A DNA stretch of 64,000 bases from Magallana gigas. Lineage: Eukaryota. Made by a program: the position numbers and the translations under genes. Location: positions 1,054,001-1,118,000 of the forward strand of contig NC_088859.1 of assembly GCF_963853765.1 (NCBI RefSeq). The letters are read 5' to 3'. Positions 1-13,200 of the stretch are shown piece after piece; position 1 is the stretch's first letter; the number at the start of each line of letters is the position of its first letter. The notes below the pieces were generated by a model that was not told the DNA's origin, made no database searches, and saw only the letters and a program-made list of their open reading frames with translations.

Positions 1-1
1 A

Positions 2-270
2 AGGTATATCGACGACGTATTAGCAATTAACAATTGTTATTTCCATACTTAAGTCGACTCGATATATCCCAGTGAACATGAAATAAAAGATACCACAGAG
101 TCTGCGTTATCTGTTTCATATTTGGATATTTTAGTGGAAATGGACATTGATGGTAACTTAACAACAAAACTTTATGATAAACGCGATGACTTCATTTTTT
201 CTACAGTCAACTTTCCTTATGTAGCAATATACCTTCACCACCTGCATATGGTGTTTTTGTCTCTCAGCTA
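2..270 (+). pseudogene. Penelope-like retroelement reverse transcriptase fragment (degenerate)
   Basis: Frame 2 reads RYIDDVLAINNCYFHT*VDSIYPSEHEIKDTTESALSVSYLDILVEMDIDGNLTTKLYDKRDDFIFSTVNFPY, then after a frameshift SNIPSPPAYGVFVSQL. The YIDD catalytic motif and the YLD..LYDKRDDF..SNIP..PAYGV thumb match Penelope-like RTs. It has a stop and a frameshift. Confidence 0.85.
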
Positions 271-3226
271 GACGATTCAATATTACTGGAGGAAGGGGTC
301 AGGTGTTGTAAAAACATTTAAACGGGAAACAGCTTAAGCAAGATGCCAGTATAGACAAATCTAAGCTTCGTAAAATCATGCTACTATACAGACTTCTCAG
401 CTAGTAAAACTACTCGAAAACCTTCGAAACTCAGCCTCTGTATCCACAGCCAGACGCCTCAGCTTTGACGACCCATAGGACTACACAGACAACGAATTGC
501 TTAACCTGACAGGACTGAAAAAGCACCAGTTTGAGGAGCTAGTTGAAATGGTTACAACCCTAAAGAAGTCTAAGTTAAGGTCGCCCAGACTTGCTATTGG
601 AGTGCTGCTGGGGAAACTCAGAACAGGGCTCTCTCAGGGGTATACAATTATTATACAATTATATCCAAACAGAGGTGTTTTACATGCAAATAAACCAACT
701 TTTTAGTGTAAGACAACTTTACTCCCACCCCCACTCAACCCCACATACACACTTACCCATCATTATTACATATTTACTTTAAAATTTGCTGAAAAGTAAA
801 TATATAATCATCAATGTTTGCATCCAGGTTCTCTGAGCATAAACCAAATATAATACATAATGGGAACCTTTGTCATTCACATTGTAATAGCGACACAAAT
901 AGAAAGTTGGTTTACATCGGCTTTTTAATCTATTGTTCTATCATAAAACAAATTATGGTTATTTGTGCATTAGTAAAAATTAATGTAAATATGTGTGCAT
1001 GAGAGGGTAAATAAACATATTTTGTATGCATTAAAATTCTAAATTTTTTATTAATAAGCATTAAATAAAAAGTTTTGAAATGTTTAGGACAAACATTGAT
1101 ATCTTTTTTCCATTTTAGATTTATTGGAACACTCTTTGGTAAGAAGCAAAGACAGATTTCCCGATATATCAAACAAGCCAGAGAGGCCCTTTGTTCGGGA
1201 TTTGTCTCCTCGTATTTTGGTTCCTATTACATTTCCAGAAATACCATTATTGAAGAACATACAACATACAACGCAACTCAAATATTTGGCCACTTTTTGT
1301 CAGACTCTGTAATATCCATCATGCATGGAACGTACAAATACATTCAAAAAATCACAATTACGCATTTCAACGTCAATGTTTCGGTATGCACAAACACAGA
1401 TCCTTAGTAAAACCAATAGTAGTTACAGCAACTGACGGCTACATCATTATAGTATTCTGGGCCCATTTTTTGCCAATGGTCGAAACAACGACGCCTCAAT
1501 TCGGAAATATATGGTCAAATCAAATGATGAGAACTTGTTACAGTTGTTTAATTAAAAAAGATGATATTCTTATTCTCGACAGAGGTTTTCGTGACTCCAT
1601 AGAGTTTTTAAACGATATCGGGTTTTGTACGAAATTCCCTGCATTTCTTGGTCCTAAAGAAAAACAAATCAGTGCAAGGGAGGGGAATGAATCAAGACTC
1701 GTAACAAAGATTAGATGGGCTGTTGAGTCGGTCAATGCTAGGTTGAAGACATGAAAGTTCTTGGACAAAGTAGTATGTAACAAAGATATTCCCCATCTTA
1801 AGCTAGCAAGGGACAGTTTCGGATAAAGTACCCGGTCAATATTTTTGTAAAATTAAGAGTTGCTGTACTTGAAGGCTTATGAGTGTTTCTAAAATTCATG
1901 AAATGATTTTTAATGATTATCATTAGTTAGAGGGGTGTCGCTTGTTAAAATTGATATGCAATATGTAAGCCCCATATATTAGGTACTTGGTATCAGAAGT
2001 AAAATGCGAAACCTGCGGCTATGACTGTTGTGTTGACTTTACACAGAGAAATTGCAAGTTACAGACAAGAGGTAAAATAACACGAAAAGTAGGTGGATGG
2101 GACATTGTAAACTATACACCGGTAAGTTTCTGACATGTGATAGTGCAACATGCACGCGGTACGGAAGGTCAACCCTCTGCAGGGAATTAGCTGGGGGAGG
2201 TCTAAAAAGCTGAAAAATCATGAAAAATTAGCAAAATATGAAAGGGTCAAAATCTCATAAAACCAGTAAGTAGAGAATTTTACAGGTTTTGACTATATAG
2301 TCTGTCCCAAGTTATTGCTGTCATCAATTTTTAATGATTTTTAATAAAAATACACATACCTGTGAAAGAAATACCATTGAAATCGATGCATGAAAGGGAA
2401 TATATCCAAGATATCTTCATTGAACAATTATCCCTTTTCACTCATAAAATTTCAAAGGAACAAAAACAATTTTCTTACGGAGATTTATCATGGAAAATGT
2501 GTACATCTTTTCTCCATTCGGAATACATCGCTATTTATTAACGTTATCATCTGGACTTAATAATGGCTGATGCAATGCAAAATCCCCGTAGACTTTCAAT
2601 TTTGGGATGTGTATTGAAACCTGAAGCGGTAGACGGGGCGTTTCAAAACAGCTAATCTGGACATTTTTCATATTTGTGGATGAACGTAGTTTGAGCAAAA
2701 AGGTATTTATGATTATCGAAATATCAAGCAAAAAGTCGTGGAAGCAAAAACTCGGGACAGACTGAGAGTACATGTATAGTAATTTTCTTCAGAAATTGAT
2801 TGGCCTTATAAAGGGTGAATTAAAGGTATTTGTGCTGAATAGGACCTGAGGAAATTCTAGTTACAGAGTTCCGAAGACATGCATCCCTTGGCTACAATGA
2901 ATTGTATAAAAAACATGTTCCCTGCCACCTTAAAAAATACATTAATATAGTAGCAGCAATTTTTGCAATAGTTTTTGTGCCCCATTACAGCAATCCCGTG
3001 ACAACGATTGCGACATAGCCCGTAAGATGGTCGAACGCTCTAAAATGGCAAACCTTGTCCAACAGGAGGTCGAATCTCAGAGACATTTAAAGAAACATTT
3101 AAGTCATTGGCAGAGCATGGAATCCATTGATTTCACACTCCCACGGTTAGGTGACGACTACCTTAGATCCCTAACATTTGGGGTGTATCAACTGTAACAG
3201 GCACCGCATAATGCCGACCAACATTT
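271..3226 (+). pseudogene. ISL2EU / PIF-Harbinger-type DDE (DDE_Tnp_4-like) transposase relic, with one intron and one TE insertion
   Basis: Pieces in order: SFDDP*DYTDNELLNLTGLKKHQFEEL..KLRTGLSQG; intron 640-1118; FIGTLFG..SIMHGTYKYIQK; HKHRSLVKPIVVTATDGYII; LDRGFRD; RWAVESVNARLKT*KFLDKVVCNKDIPHL; insertion 1802-2929; KKYINIVAAI..LRSLTFGVYQL*QA. Several stops and frameshifts. Confidence 0.85.
1802..2929. mobile_element. Non-autonomous DNA transposon with TTAA target duplication (Kolobok/piggyBac-like), nested in the transposase
   Basis: TTAA at 1798-1801 and 2930-2933. Imperfect TIRs gctagcaagggaca / rc ggtggcagggaaca. Removing it rejoins the transposase as NKDIPHL|KKYINIV. Confidence 0.75.
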
Positions 3227-3555
3227 AAGGTAATGATCCATACGTCATAAAACAACGTCTGACGTAATTCACGCGTTATTACGTCTTTTCCGTGCCCGAT
3301 CTAATCGAGACCTAACGCTAAAAGGTGTACATGTGTTTCAAAACAAAAAAATCAAGCTGACCTAGAAATTAATTCAAAACAAATCTATTAAAAATCCTGA
3401 AAACTGCAATCAATTAGCCTATTACTCAGCGAAATGAGAAATTGACTGGGTTGTGTCGATTGAGTACTCGTTTTGAAAATACATACCTCATCTTTTTGTA
3501 CAATAAAAACACAACAACAAAGAATGAAGAGGATTTTGTGAATTCATTATATTCT

Positions 3556-6500
3556 CTAGTTGAAACACAAGTTAGAAACCTCATTCCTTGTGAGGATTAC
3601 TGTATCCGACAGATGTGAAAGTGACTGGTTCTAAAGATAAAACAATTCAAATAATTATTGATATTGTAGGTAATACATTAGGAAAATACAAATATAATAC
3701 AATATAAAATATTCCAACCTGTAGAATGTTCCTCACAAAAGAAAGGAGATAAACGCCACAGTCGTAGCTGTTTTTCTGTTGTGGGACCTACCATTGAAAA
3801 TAATAAAAAGGTGAGTATGTAAGAATGAGTTTTTTTATACAATGATGCTATTCCAAAGCTTTGGCAAGCTAATAGATAACACATACCATCACAGATCATG
3901 TGGGATTTTTTAAATCACTTGTTGAAGCAACTTTTTATGAGAATCTAAAAATCCATTTCATGAAGCTTTTTGAGACATCATATCCATGGAAATATGTACA
4001 AATAAATAATGACCTCACCGTTGTGTAATATCAAACATTAATTTGAATGGTAATATCCCCGACATATTGTTGCAAACAAAGAATAAATGCTAGTAAATCA
4101 TTGGGGTTTCTTTCTCACCCCCCCCCCCTTTCAAATTTAAATGTATTTCATAAGCAAGAAAGAGCTATCTCTTGGGATTAACAATGAACAAAACCTTTAT
4201 AACCAGTTCACCTCAGTGTGCTGAACAATAACAGTATTTGCAGCCCGTCCTGCCTTCTCCAATTCCTTTTCAAAGAACCTAAAAACATACCTATATATTT
4301 TTAAACATATACTTGGATATATATTTGTCAGACTCACTTTCTATATTGCACAAAAAAGGAATGAAAAGTTCACAAGTGTTAAACGTACACTCTCAATGAT
4401 GATTCCTCATCAACATAGCTCCCACTCATGGAACATATGATTGAGATCGAACCAAAATCTCCTGCCATTACAGACAAAGCACCAAGATACCAATGTAACC
4501 TGCCAATCAAGTGTGAAAAGGAAATTGTTTGTGTATCAACTTCTGATTAAAATTCTCTCTCCTCTTTTTATTACCATAAATAAAAACTGTTAACACAATA
4601 TGCAATAGATTCACTCCCTTACATGTTACTGATAGGAACAAGGATGATTGTTCCATCCTTCAGCTCAATGTTGGTCAAAGTGTCCTCTACTCCGACATAA
4701 TTGCACCCACTCATGTTTAGTGGTCTCCTGTTCCTGTTTGAAGAAGACACTTATTTGATGTAAGCATTCTTATCTGTATGTCATTTATTCATATTTACAT
4801 TTAGTGTATATTTCCCCTTATGTTTGCATTGGAAATCTGCAACGTTCAATTTTCTATGAATGCACTTTGCTAATTAATAAGCCGTGAGCACATCATAAAC
4901 GTTTACATGTGTTTTGAGTATATCTATTTTTGTATTGAGTATATTTATTTTTGTAAGATTAAATGAAACATTGTTCAAATTTACTTCACCAATTTGATAT
5001 GTACTTTTTAAAATAAATGTTAAATAATATTTACTCCTTAATGAACAATTTTTCTCTCCAAAGTTCCTGGCACTATATTTTTAGTCGAGGAAGTGAACTA
5101 AATATTGTATACAGGGAAATATTCACCCCCGTTTTATTTTCACTCATTTCGACCCTCGTTGTCAGCAAGCGAATTCAAGACTGGACGAATTACATACTCA
5201 TATTGTCAAAACCATATGCAAGTGATGAAGGGCAAAAATAACATGGGGTGAAAATAACCCTGTAAACAGTAACATGTTGATATGGCTGTTCCATGTATGT
5301 TTCATACCCTGACTGAAAGCTAATATAATGGCTTTATATCAACAATATTTATATATTCTTTACAAATATACATCAGTATAAAAATAAATATAAGCATTGA
5401 ATGCTTTATTTTGGATGTCGTCAGTGCTGTAACACACCAAGCTGTGCAGACAAATTATCATACGACGCTAACAGGCAGTATTTGGTTTGTCTGCACTGAT
5501 TGGTGTGTTACAGGACCGACATCAAAAAATAAGCATTCAATGCTGAAATGAGTGTGTTGTTCTATTTTGTACTGGTAATCATATGTTATAATTTTAAAAT
5601 GAATCAATACTTACAGCTTGCCTTTCACCAAAAGCTTTTGGGCAAATGCCGTGTTCAGAATAAACACATTCTCTGTGCCCAAGTCTTCTTTCATTCTTCT
5701 GTATCAAAGTGAATGAATTCTATTTTTAAAAGCAAAGGAACTCCACTTTTGGGGGAAAACAATAATATACATATATATACATGGTTTCCAGTAGGATATG
5801 AGAACATTTTCTCTTTATTTAAGATAAAAGAGCATTGGTACCTTGTCGCAACATCAATGATGGCATCTGTCAACCATCTCATTGGGTGGAGGGACACCAT
5901 GTCAACCTCATAAAGATCTATCCCCATTTCAATTCTATGACTACAGGTATAAGCAAAACATTTTAATGCTGGAACATCAAAACAAACCAGAAAAGAAAGG
6001 ATTTTCAAACCAATCAGCAAATCAATCCATATTTTTAAAGGAAATGGAGGTATGAGCATAAACAGTATGAGCCACGCTTTGTTGAAGGTGAATTAATTTA
6101 ATTCAACTTTTGTTAAATAGTATCCATGTTCATCACTTAAGGTCTAACAGCATACACACTAGTTGTACTCATATTAAAGAAGTTACAGAAATGAAGACAG
6201 TATAGCCAAGATAAACACAAATATCCCGCAAATTTAGCAAAAGATGGAATCCAAATCATAAAGAAAACATAGAAAAAGTTGAACTAGGAAACAATTCATT
6301 CAATTCATCAGATTAGAATAAAAAGAAAAAAACCAAAAAAAAAAAGTATATAAGTGGAAAGAGAACAAATAAGAACAGAATATTTATTTCTCACACATTA
6401 TCCATTCCAGGAAGTCTGAGCTTCTCAATAACTTGAGGTGTGGGGTTTGGAGTGTTGCACCCTTCATTAAGTGGAAGAAAATTGTCAAAAGTCAACCAAA

Positions 6501-9500
6501 ACATGGCATTTCATATGCAAAAGAATGCACTAAAGGATAGAGAAACATACATATGACGCCCTTTAGATAAAACAAATATCTGATGTGACATGAAGTACAA
6601 AAGAACCATTTCATTGCAAACATGTATTAAATCATGAACACAATTTGCTAATGAAATAGAACTTCTGTTAATAAAAAACCAATTAAAAATTCACCTGCTA
6701 GAAAAGAAACAGGAACCAATAGGTTATAACAGCCTTCACTCCTAACAATCTCCAATGTCTGCTTTGCAGAGGGAACACAAGGACACGGAGGGAAAGAAAT
6801 AACCTGCTTATTCTCATGTAGTTTGATATTGATTTCTAATGCCCCTGCCAGGAGAAGCAATCTGAACCGATCTAAATTCACCAAGCAAAAGCAAGTATAA
6901 TCATACCAGAAAGAAAAGAAACTATGGAATTACATGTACAACATATCAAAAACTTCAAAGCCATTTTGATTACCGGTACTTCTATTACCATTGGAGTTAG
7001 TCATGGCATCTTCAAAACATTTCAGCATGTCATCTCCTCCACTAATCCCAAGGAGATCACAGATAACCTGAGGCTTCACTCCTCCACTGACTACACGCTC
7101 ATACTATCAAAAAGGATTAAGTACAAACTGTGAACACCTTAAAATAATTCTTTCAAAATTTGAGAATATTCAAGGTATTTGGCAATCTGATTCAAACCTG
7201 CTGGGCATAGTGGCCCATATGAAGAATTCCTTGAACTCTCATAAGCAGATCTAGATGGGCTTGGCTGCAGGGGGCATACATGTTAAAGCATTCCCTGATA
7301 CTTTTACATTGTAAAAGCTTTGCAAAGCCTTCTCGATTCACACCACTTGAATACCGGTAATTGAGAAGAAATAATAATTTTTATATAAACTGACAATAAT
7401 TTTTCAAACCTTCGGAAAGTGTTTTGATTTAGAAAAACATACCCAGGTTGAACCAAGGCCACTGGAAACGTTTTATGAGCCATAAAGGCCTCTCGCAGGG
7501 TCTTAGTTGATGTGTGTGTTGCAACAACTGATGCAACAACCTCCGGAGAAGGCATTTTGTCCATAAGTTGCTGCACATCATTAAACTTGCACTGAATAAA
7601 ATATTAGCAAATACATTTTACAGAAACACACATCAATTTCTTGTAACATGACTGCATATCAACATTAATGTACATTAACAGGTATTTTCTTAGATGCAAG
7701 CTACATGCTTATGACGAAAAACCAGGGACACGCGATTTGTTCACAGTATGTAAGGAGTAAGCTAATGCTGAGAAAAATGTCACAGAAATTTAATGGAATC
7801 ACAAGGGTAAAACATGATAACCCCATCTCCTTTAGAGAAGGGTTATAAAAATAGGCAAATTTATTATTTAGAATGACTTGCTATATCCAACTTAAATTGA
7901 AGTTCAAAAATTACTGTAATATGAAATTGGTTGATACATGAACAAATCTTCTGAGAAGCCCTTTAAGCTTCAGAGAAAATAATCACATTTTAATACCAAA
8001 TTGATATATCATTTAACTTAATAACCTTGTGGTTTATTATTAAAGTGAATGTACCAGATACTACTAGCACTTTATTAGGGTCTTCCGTTTTCAACGGAAG
8101 ACCCTCTTGTTATTCTATTGTTTCTTTTTCATTATTATTATTTTTCTTTTTCTTTATTTTTCTGACTTTTTCAAAGCTTAATATCTCAAAAAGTTTTCAA
8201 CAGATTTACATGAAACTTTCAGGGATTATAAAGCATTATTGTGCCTCAAAGTTTTAAAATTTTCAATTACAACCTCACTTCCGTTTTTACGTTACGTCAA
8301 TTTTTTAATTTTAAAAAAGTAATTTTGTCCAGGGCGTTTTTCAAAAACGGTTCAAGATAAAGACTTGGAATTTTCTGTGTTGAAGCAATGATCGTTTTTA
8401 TTTGGACATAAGACTGGAAATTAGTTTCCGTCACTTCCGGTCTAAACCGGAAGTGTTTTAAAATTTTCGAATTTTCGAATTTTTCGTTTTAATTTCAAAT
8501 GATTACGAGGTTTGTAGAGTTGGTCATGCTGAATACGAAACTGAAATCCGTTTGAAAATCGGACGATGCATTACAGAGATATCGGGGTTTAAAAATTTGA
8601 TTTTTCCGGAAATTTTGTTTCCGCGTCCTTGGTTTAAAAAATAGCGTAATGTTAATGGTAAAATTAACTCGTACCAAAAATAATTGTTAAGTCGTACTTG
8701 AACAATTCGGATTTTTTTTGTTAAGTCGTTCTTGAAATCGGAAAGGTGTTTGTTAAGTCGTACTTAAAATCATTCGGATTTTGTTAAGTCGTACCAGGAA
8801 TAATTCGATTTTTTCATCTTTTTATTTTAGTTACTCTTGTTATTGGTTTAAGAGCTCTGCTTCTTACAGAAACTTCCAGCTTTACTTCCGATATTAACGG
8901 AAGACCCACTCGTTGCTTTGCAACGAGCTTTGCTCTAGTTTATCTTCTTATTACCTTGTTCATAAGGTTCTCTACCTTGTAGGATGAAATGCTTTCCTGC
9001 ATAAATAGGATGAAAGCATGAAATAAAAGATAACACATAAATAAAGTACACACATTTGTTGAAAAAGGGAAATAATTACTCGTAATAAATATGAAAGTAC
9101 CTTCTCAAGAAAAGCACTGCCATCGTTGACGTTACAGGCAGAAGGCTGCTCTGGGACATCCTTCGTTGGTACAAAGAAATTCCAAATGTGTGATTTGAAA
9201 TAATTATTCAATGATTCATAAATGAAAATAGTGGTATGTATTGTTGCATACGCATTGGTGATTGCCTCTATTACTTATCACCACTGATGGACATCTGTTG
9301 ATATTAATGTGGTGAAAAGTAAACAATGTTTTAAAAATATTTATAAAGGTTTACTTTTTAAAATTCCCAGCAAGATTCACACTCATAAATTTGAACTCAT
9401 GACTTAAAGATTGTAGTTGACCCTCTAACCCATTAAGCTATACTGTTATATGACAATTTGGGAAAGAAAACACTTATAAAATTGCACTCTACTTCATCAT

Positions 9501-10164
9501 TTATCATAATAAATAGTCCGTCACAATTTTGAGATGTCTCATACCGACTTAAAGAAAATTAACATAACTTACTATGCAGTGAAACACCTGGAAGCTGTTG
9601 AAAATCTTTCTTAAATCCTCTGCTCCCAACTTTCTATGATTGACTAAAAACAATCTTAATGGTTAGTTCTCTGATATGCTTCCTTATGCACATAGCTCAC
9701 CTTCAACATGTCTCAATTGAATAACAGTAATTGCATTGCCTGTGAAATTTTTCCCTCTAAAAAATTTGATTTTTGAACAAGTATAGGAAAATCTGAATTA
9801 ACTAACTTCAAAATGAATATATAAATGTGTGTGTGTTTATTACATCCGACAATTTCATTTCTTTAGCAGCGTTTCCCTAGAAACGATAAATATAATAATT
9901 ACGGTATATAATTTTGTCAACTCATGCAAGATGGAAATAAGCAGCTTATTACATTTAGCAGTTCTGTCTCTTTTAGATGTGAATTGTTAATGCTTAAAAT
10001 CGTCATCAAATGTATAACTCTCTACCATTGTTCTTTTGTTTAATATGAATGCTCTGTTTGTGTCATCCTTACTTGTTCTATTAGGATCCTGAAAAGGAAT
10101 GCTCGCTGGCCATCCCTCTGGTCTTGGACCTTTCCAAATGTTCTTTCCTTTTTGACACAAATTA
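3556..10164 (-). CDS. C-terminal 17 exons of a protein with an Nrf1/Ewg-like motif, possible OTU-like domain and Ulp1/SENP (peptidase C48) domain
   Basis: Phase-consistent GT-AG exons: 10164-10073, 9739-9701, 9643-9573, 9160-9101, 8996-8976, 7570-7443, 7294-7198, 7103-6974, 6871-6695, 6461-6395, 5940-5842, 5698-5615, 4733-4623, 4499-4391, 4277-4212, 3787-3719, 3630-3556 (1495 nt, no internal stop). Ulp1 motifs: DMVSLHPMRWLTDAIID, NVFILNTAFAQKL, IILVPISNMLHWYL, VPQQKNSYDCGVY. The 4391 donor (gtgtac) is weak. Confidence 0.8.
5105..5272. mobile_element. MITE with TACAGGG..CCCTGTA-type inverted ends; same family as 32250-32458
   Basis: Inverted termini tacagggaaatattcacccc / ggggtgaaaataaccctgta. 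A clearly related copy lies in a Raptor intron. Confidence 0.65.
5393..5544. mobile_element. Palindromic MITE, AGCATTGAAT-ended family
   Basis: Starts agcattgaatgc and ends gcattcaatgct, with an internal imperfect palindrome. Same termini as 44526-44682. Confidence 0.6.
8071..8940 (+). mobile_element. Helentron-associated non-autonomous element (HINE) in an intron
   Basis: 5' T-run plus hairpin gggtcttccgttttcaacggaagaccc, internal ttaagtcgtac repeats, and 3' ggaagaccc followed by the palindrome ctcgttgctttgcaacgag and a T-rich end. Confidence 0.8.
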
Positions 10165-10249
10165 CTGTTGTTAATATCATAATAAGAGATACTTGAAATA
10201 TATTCTAAATCTTCAAACAATTGCCATTGAGCAATACACCTTGTACAAT

Positions 10250-13200
10250 CCCTTTGAGAATCAATGGCAGGATTTTTCTCAGAATGGCTTCCGGGGTCTC
10301 TACTGCATTTAATGAAAGAAGATTCTTCCATTCCTCCTCAGCCGTAGGAACTTTGTATTCTAGTTGTATCAATGAAATGTGATCAACAAACATCGCAAAT
10401 CTAGCATGGGTGTATGCGCTGAGACTGATGGACTGATGCATTGAGTGACAGCTCTATTGGGTGTAATAGGTTAACAATCTAAATTGTGAGTTGCAGTTTA
10501 TGAAACAAGCATTTTCAGTGGCCGTTTAAGTACCCGCCCACTTTTACCTGCTTGCATGGTATTGATAATTTATGAATCAACTGCCAGCTGTGTCAATTAA
10601 CTCTGTATCAAGACTACAAAAACTAAATGACTGCAATACTTGACGAAGAGTTTTCACAATAATCGCTTCTTGTTTTATATGGTGTAAACAATTGTCAAGA
10701 ACAATGTTTAAATGGGTTCCCCATTTCATTTTTCAGCAAAATGCTTCATTGATCAATTCAAAATCTATGACAGAAATGTGCTCAATTTTGGACTAAACTG
10801 TGATTAATCTGATTTTGTAACTCAGTCTGTAAAAGTATTAATTTTACTACATGTAGCTCTATATTCATCAGTCTGAGACAATATTTTTTTTCACCACTGA
10901 TGCTGATGCTTTACTTGCCATGGACTTTCTCTCAAACATGCTAATCGACCTTGGATTGTAAAATTCATGTGCAGATCAAGTGTCCAATTTACATGCATAT
11001 AAACAAACCACACTTCTTCATTTTACAAAGCAGGTGATATGTTTCAAAGATTTATTGTAAGCATATGAGTAAAGACATATGCTATAAAATGTCTAATGAA
11101 TTTCAAGGTGTGTCAACCTGAATTTTTCCGTGGATCTACATTTTGCAGCAAGCTTTTTGTGAGGAAAGACAGTCAGTTCAACTCATGCTATACACCACAT
11201 ATAGTACATAAATAATGTTATTGGATAAGAGAAGAACAATCTGTGACTTTAATCTATATGCGCCCATCCCTGCTTTTAGAGAACTTTTTCTTTATTTTCA
11301 CGAGCATTATTTACACATGAATGTAAACATTGCCCCGTTTGTTCTAAAGTAACTCTGTATGTAATTTACATGTATAGCTTGCAAGTACAAATTTATCATA
11401 AGTTTTCTTTCTCCGGCATTTGTTTCCACGTGTTAGCATCATGTTCTCAACATGCACTTGATAAATGGATGAGTCTATATAAATGCGCCAATCAGAATCT
11501 CTGTTGCAAATCACAATTGAAATACACACTCATTAGAAAGTAGTCAACACTCAACACAATGCTACGTACATCAGCCTTAGCGTGTACTTTCATGCTAGAT
11601 TTGTGATAAAAGGGCATGGTCATGACTTTGATCAATGTTATTTTTCAGTTTTTGTTGTTTGTAATGTTTTAGAAATACAATTCTGATGATTAACTAAAAT
11701 TTGTGTGTCAGTCGTAGAGTTATAAGCAAGATACAGAGCTCACAGTTCTTTGTTTTGTAAATATGGCTCGTGCTGTTTTTGTTTAAATTAGTTCAATTTA
11801 CAGGTAAAAGTTATATTTTAAGCTTATTTTTTTCTATTCTAATAAATCATAATGATAAATAAATAGTACCTAGCAATTATCACATTCATTTTGGGTCTTA
11901 AACTGGAATTTTTGATTCAACATTCAGAATGTTAACAAAAAACACAACATATACTTCATTTACATGACAAAGAACTGTACCATCTTTTCAATCAATTATT
12001 TATTTTTTTTACCTTTAGCTGATAATAACATGTCAGCATGATGTGCCATACTGGCTGATGCCATCTGGGTTGAGAAATCTCCACAGATGTCTCGCAACCA
12101 TGGAGAAACTAAATGAATATTTTATAAAACATTTTGTGACTGCATATTGAGAGGTATACACTAATACTGTAACTGTGCATTCAAATCTGCAGCAGGAGTA
12201 ATATTTTCCAAAACTCTGTGTCAGTTTGAAGCACATATGGGTTGTTGCTTTCACATTGCACACACGATTTCACAACAGATGGTCATGGATTTTCCATACA
12301 TGTACATGTATCTTGCAAAACCTGATGATTTCATTGATGTCATTTTATATAATTATGACTTTTTGAACCAGGCAATTAAGTTAAATGTATATCTTTACAT
12401 AACATTGACTTATAAAATTGAAATTTGCAAAATGCTTTTTGTAGGTAAAATCTTATTCCAAAAACACTTACCGTATATCTATAAAAATATTCATATTAGG
12501 TTTTAATTCATTACAATGCTATAGCTGTGTGCTAAAGATGTGTGCAAAGTTAAACGATCCCAAGATCTATGGTTTTTAATCAATCTTGCCCACAACCATT
12601 TAAAACCAATATAATATAGGCTAGCACAGAAACACTAACACACCTACAACATAGTAAGAGATGTTCTTCCTGTTTGTGAGAGGAGTAATACTGCTATGTA
12701 TGTGTCAAACACAAATACTAAACCTTGACCACAAAATTATCACAAACCATTACCATGTCCCTCTGTTTTTCCATTGAGTGTGTGCAAAAACACTACTGGA
12801 ACATCAGGTTCCTCTTCCATGAATTCTCTGATCTACAATTGTGGATTTGTTTTAGTTTACATTAATAATTCCTTTTTAAAAACAAAAACACAAAGAATTG
12901 TTGAGCAAAACTAACACATTAAATGATGACAAAACAAACTACCGGTAGAACTGTCCTAATGGGACTAATACCCCCGCAAGGCTAATTTCAAATGGGACAA
13001 ATAATTGAATTGAATAATAAAGGTTTGGAACACATACAAATAAAAAAAAATTTGTAGAATTGTTAAAAGAAAAATTAGTTAACAAAGAAATATTTAAAAT
13101 CAAAGTCAGAATAACCCCTCCCTTTGCAGTAAATGGAAATACAGGTAGCCAAGCAATGCTCTTCTGTTGATAAAACTTTGAATATCTTTCGAATAAGAGT

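Noticed and set aside
4336-4345. 3-nt micro-exon (tatag|AAA|gtgagt) in the Ulp1 gene
   Set aside because: Not needed to keep the frame and cannot be supported without transcripts.
5713-5913. Plus-strand ORF containing HWYLVA, like a Ulp1 His motif
   Set aside because: It is antisense to a real exon. The true HWYL is in the spliced minus-strand exon 4499-4391, so this is coincidence.
9845-9877. Extra exon GNAAKEMKLSD
   Set aside because: Its phase does not fit the flanking exons, which join directly.
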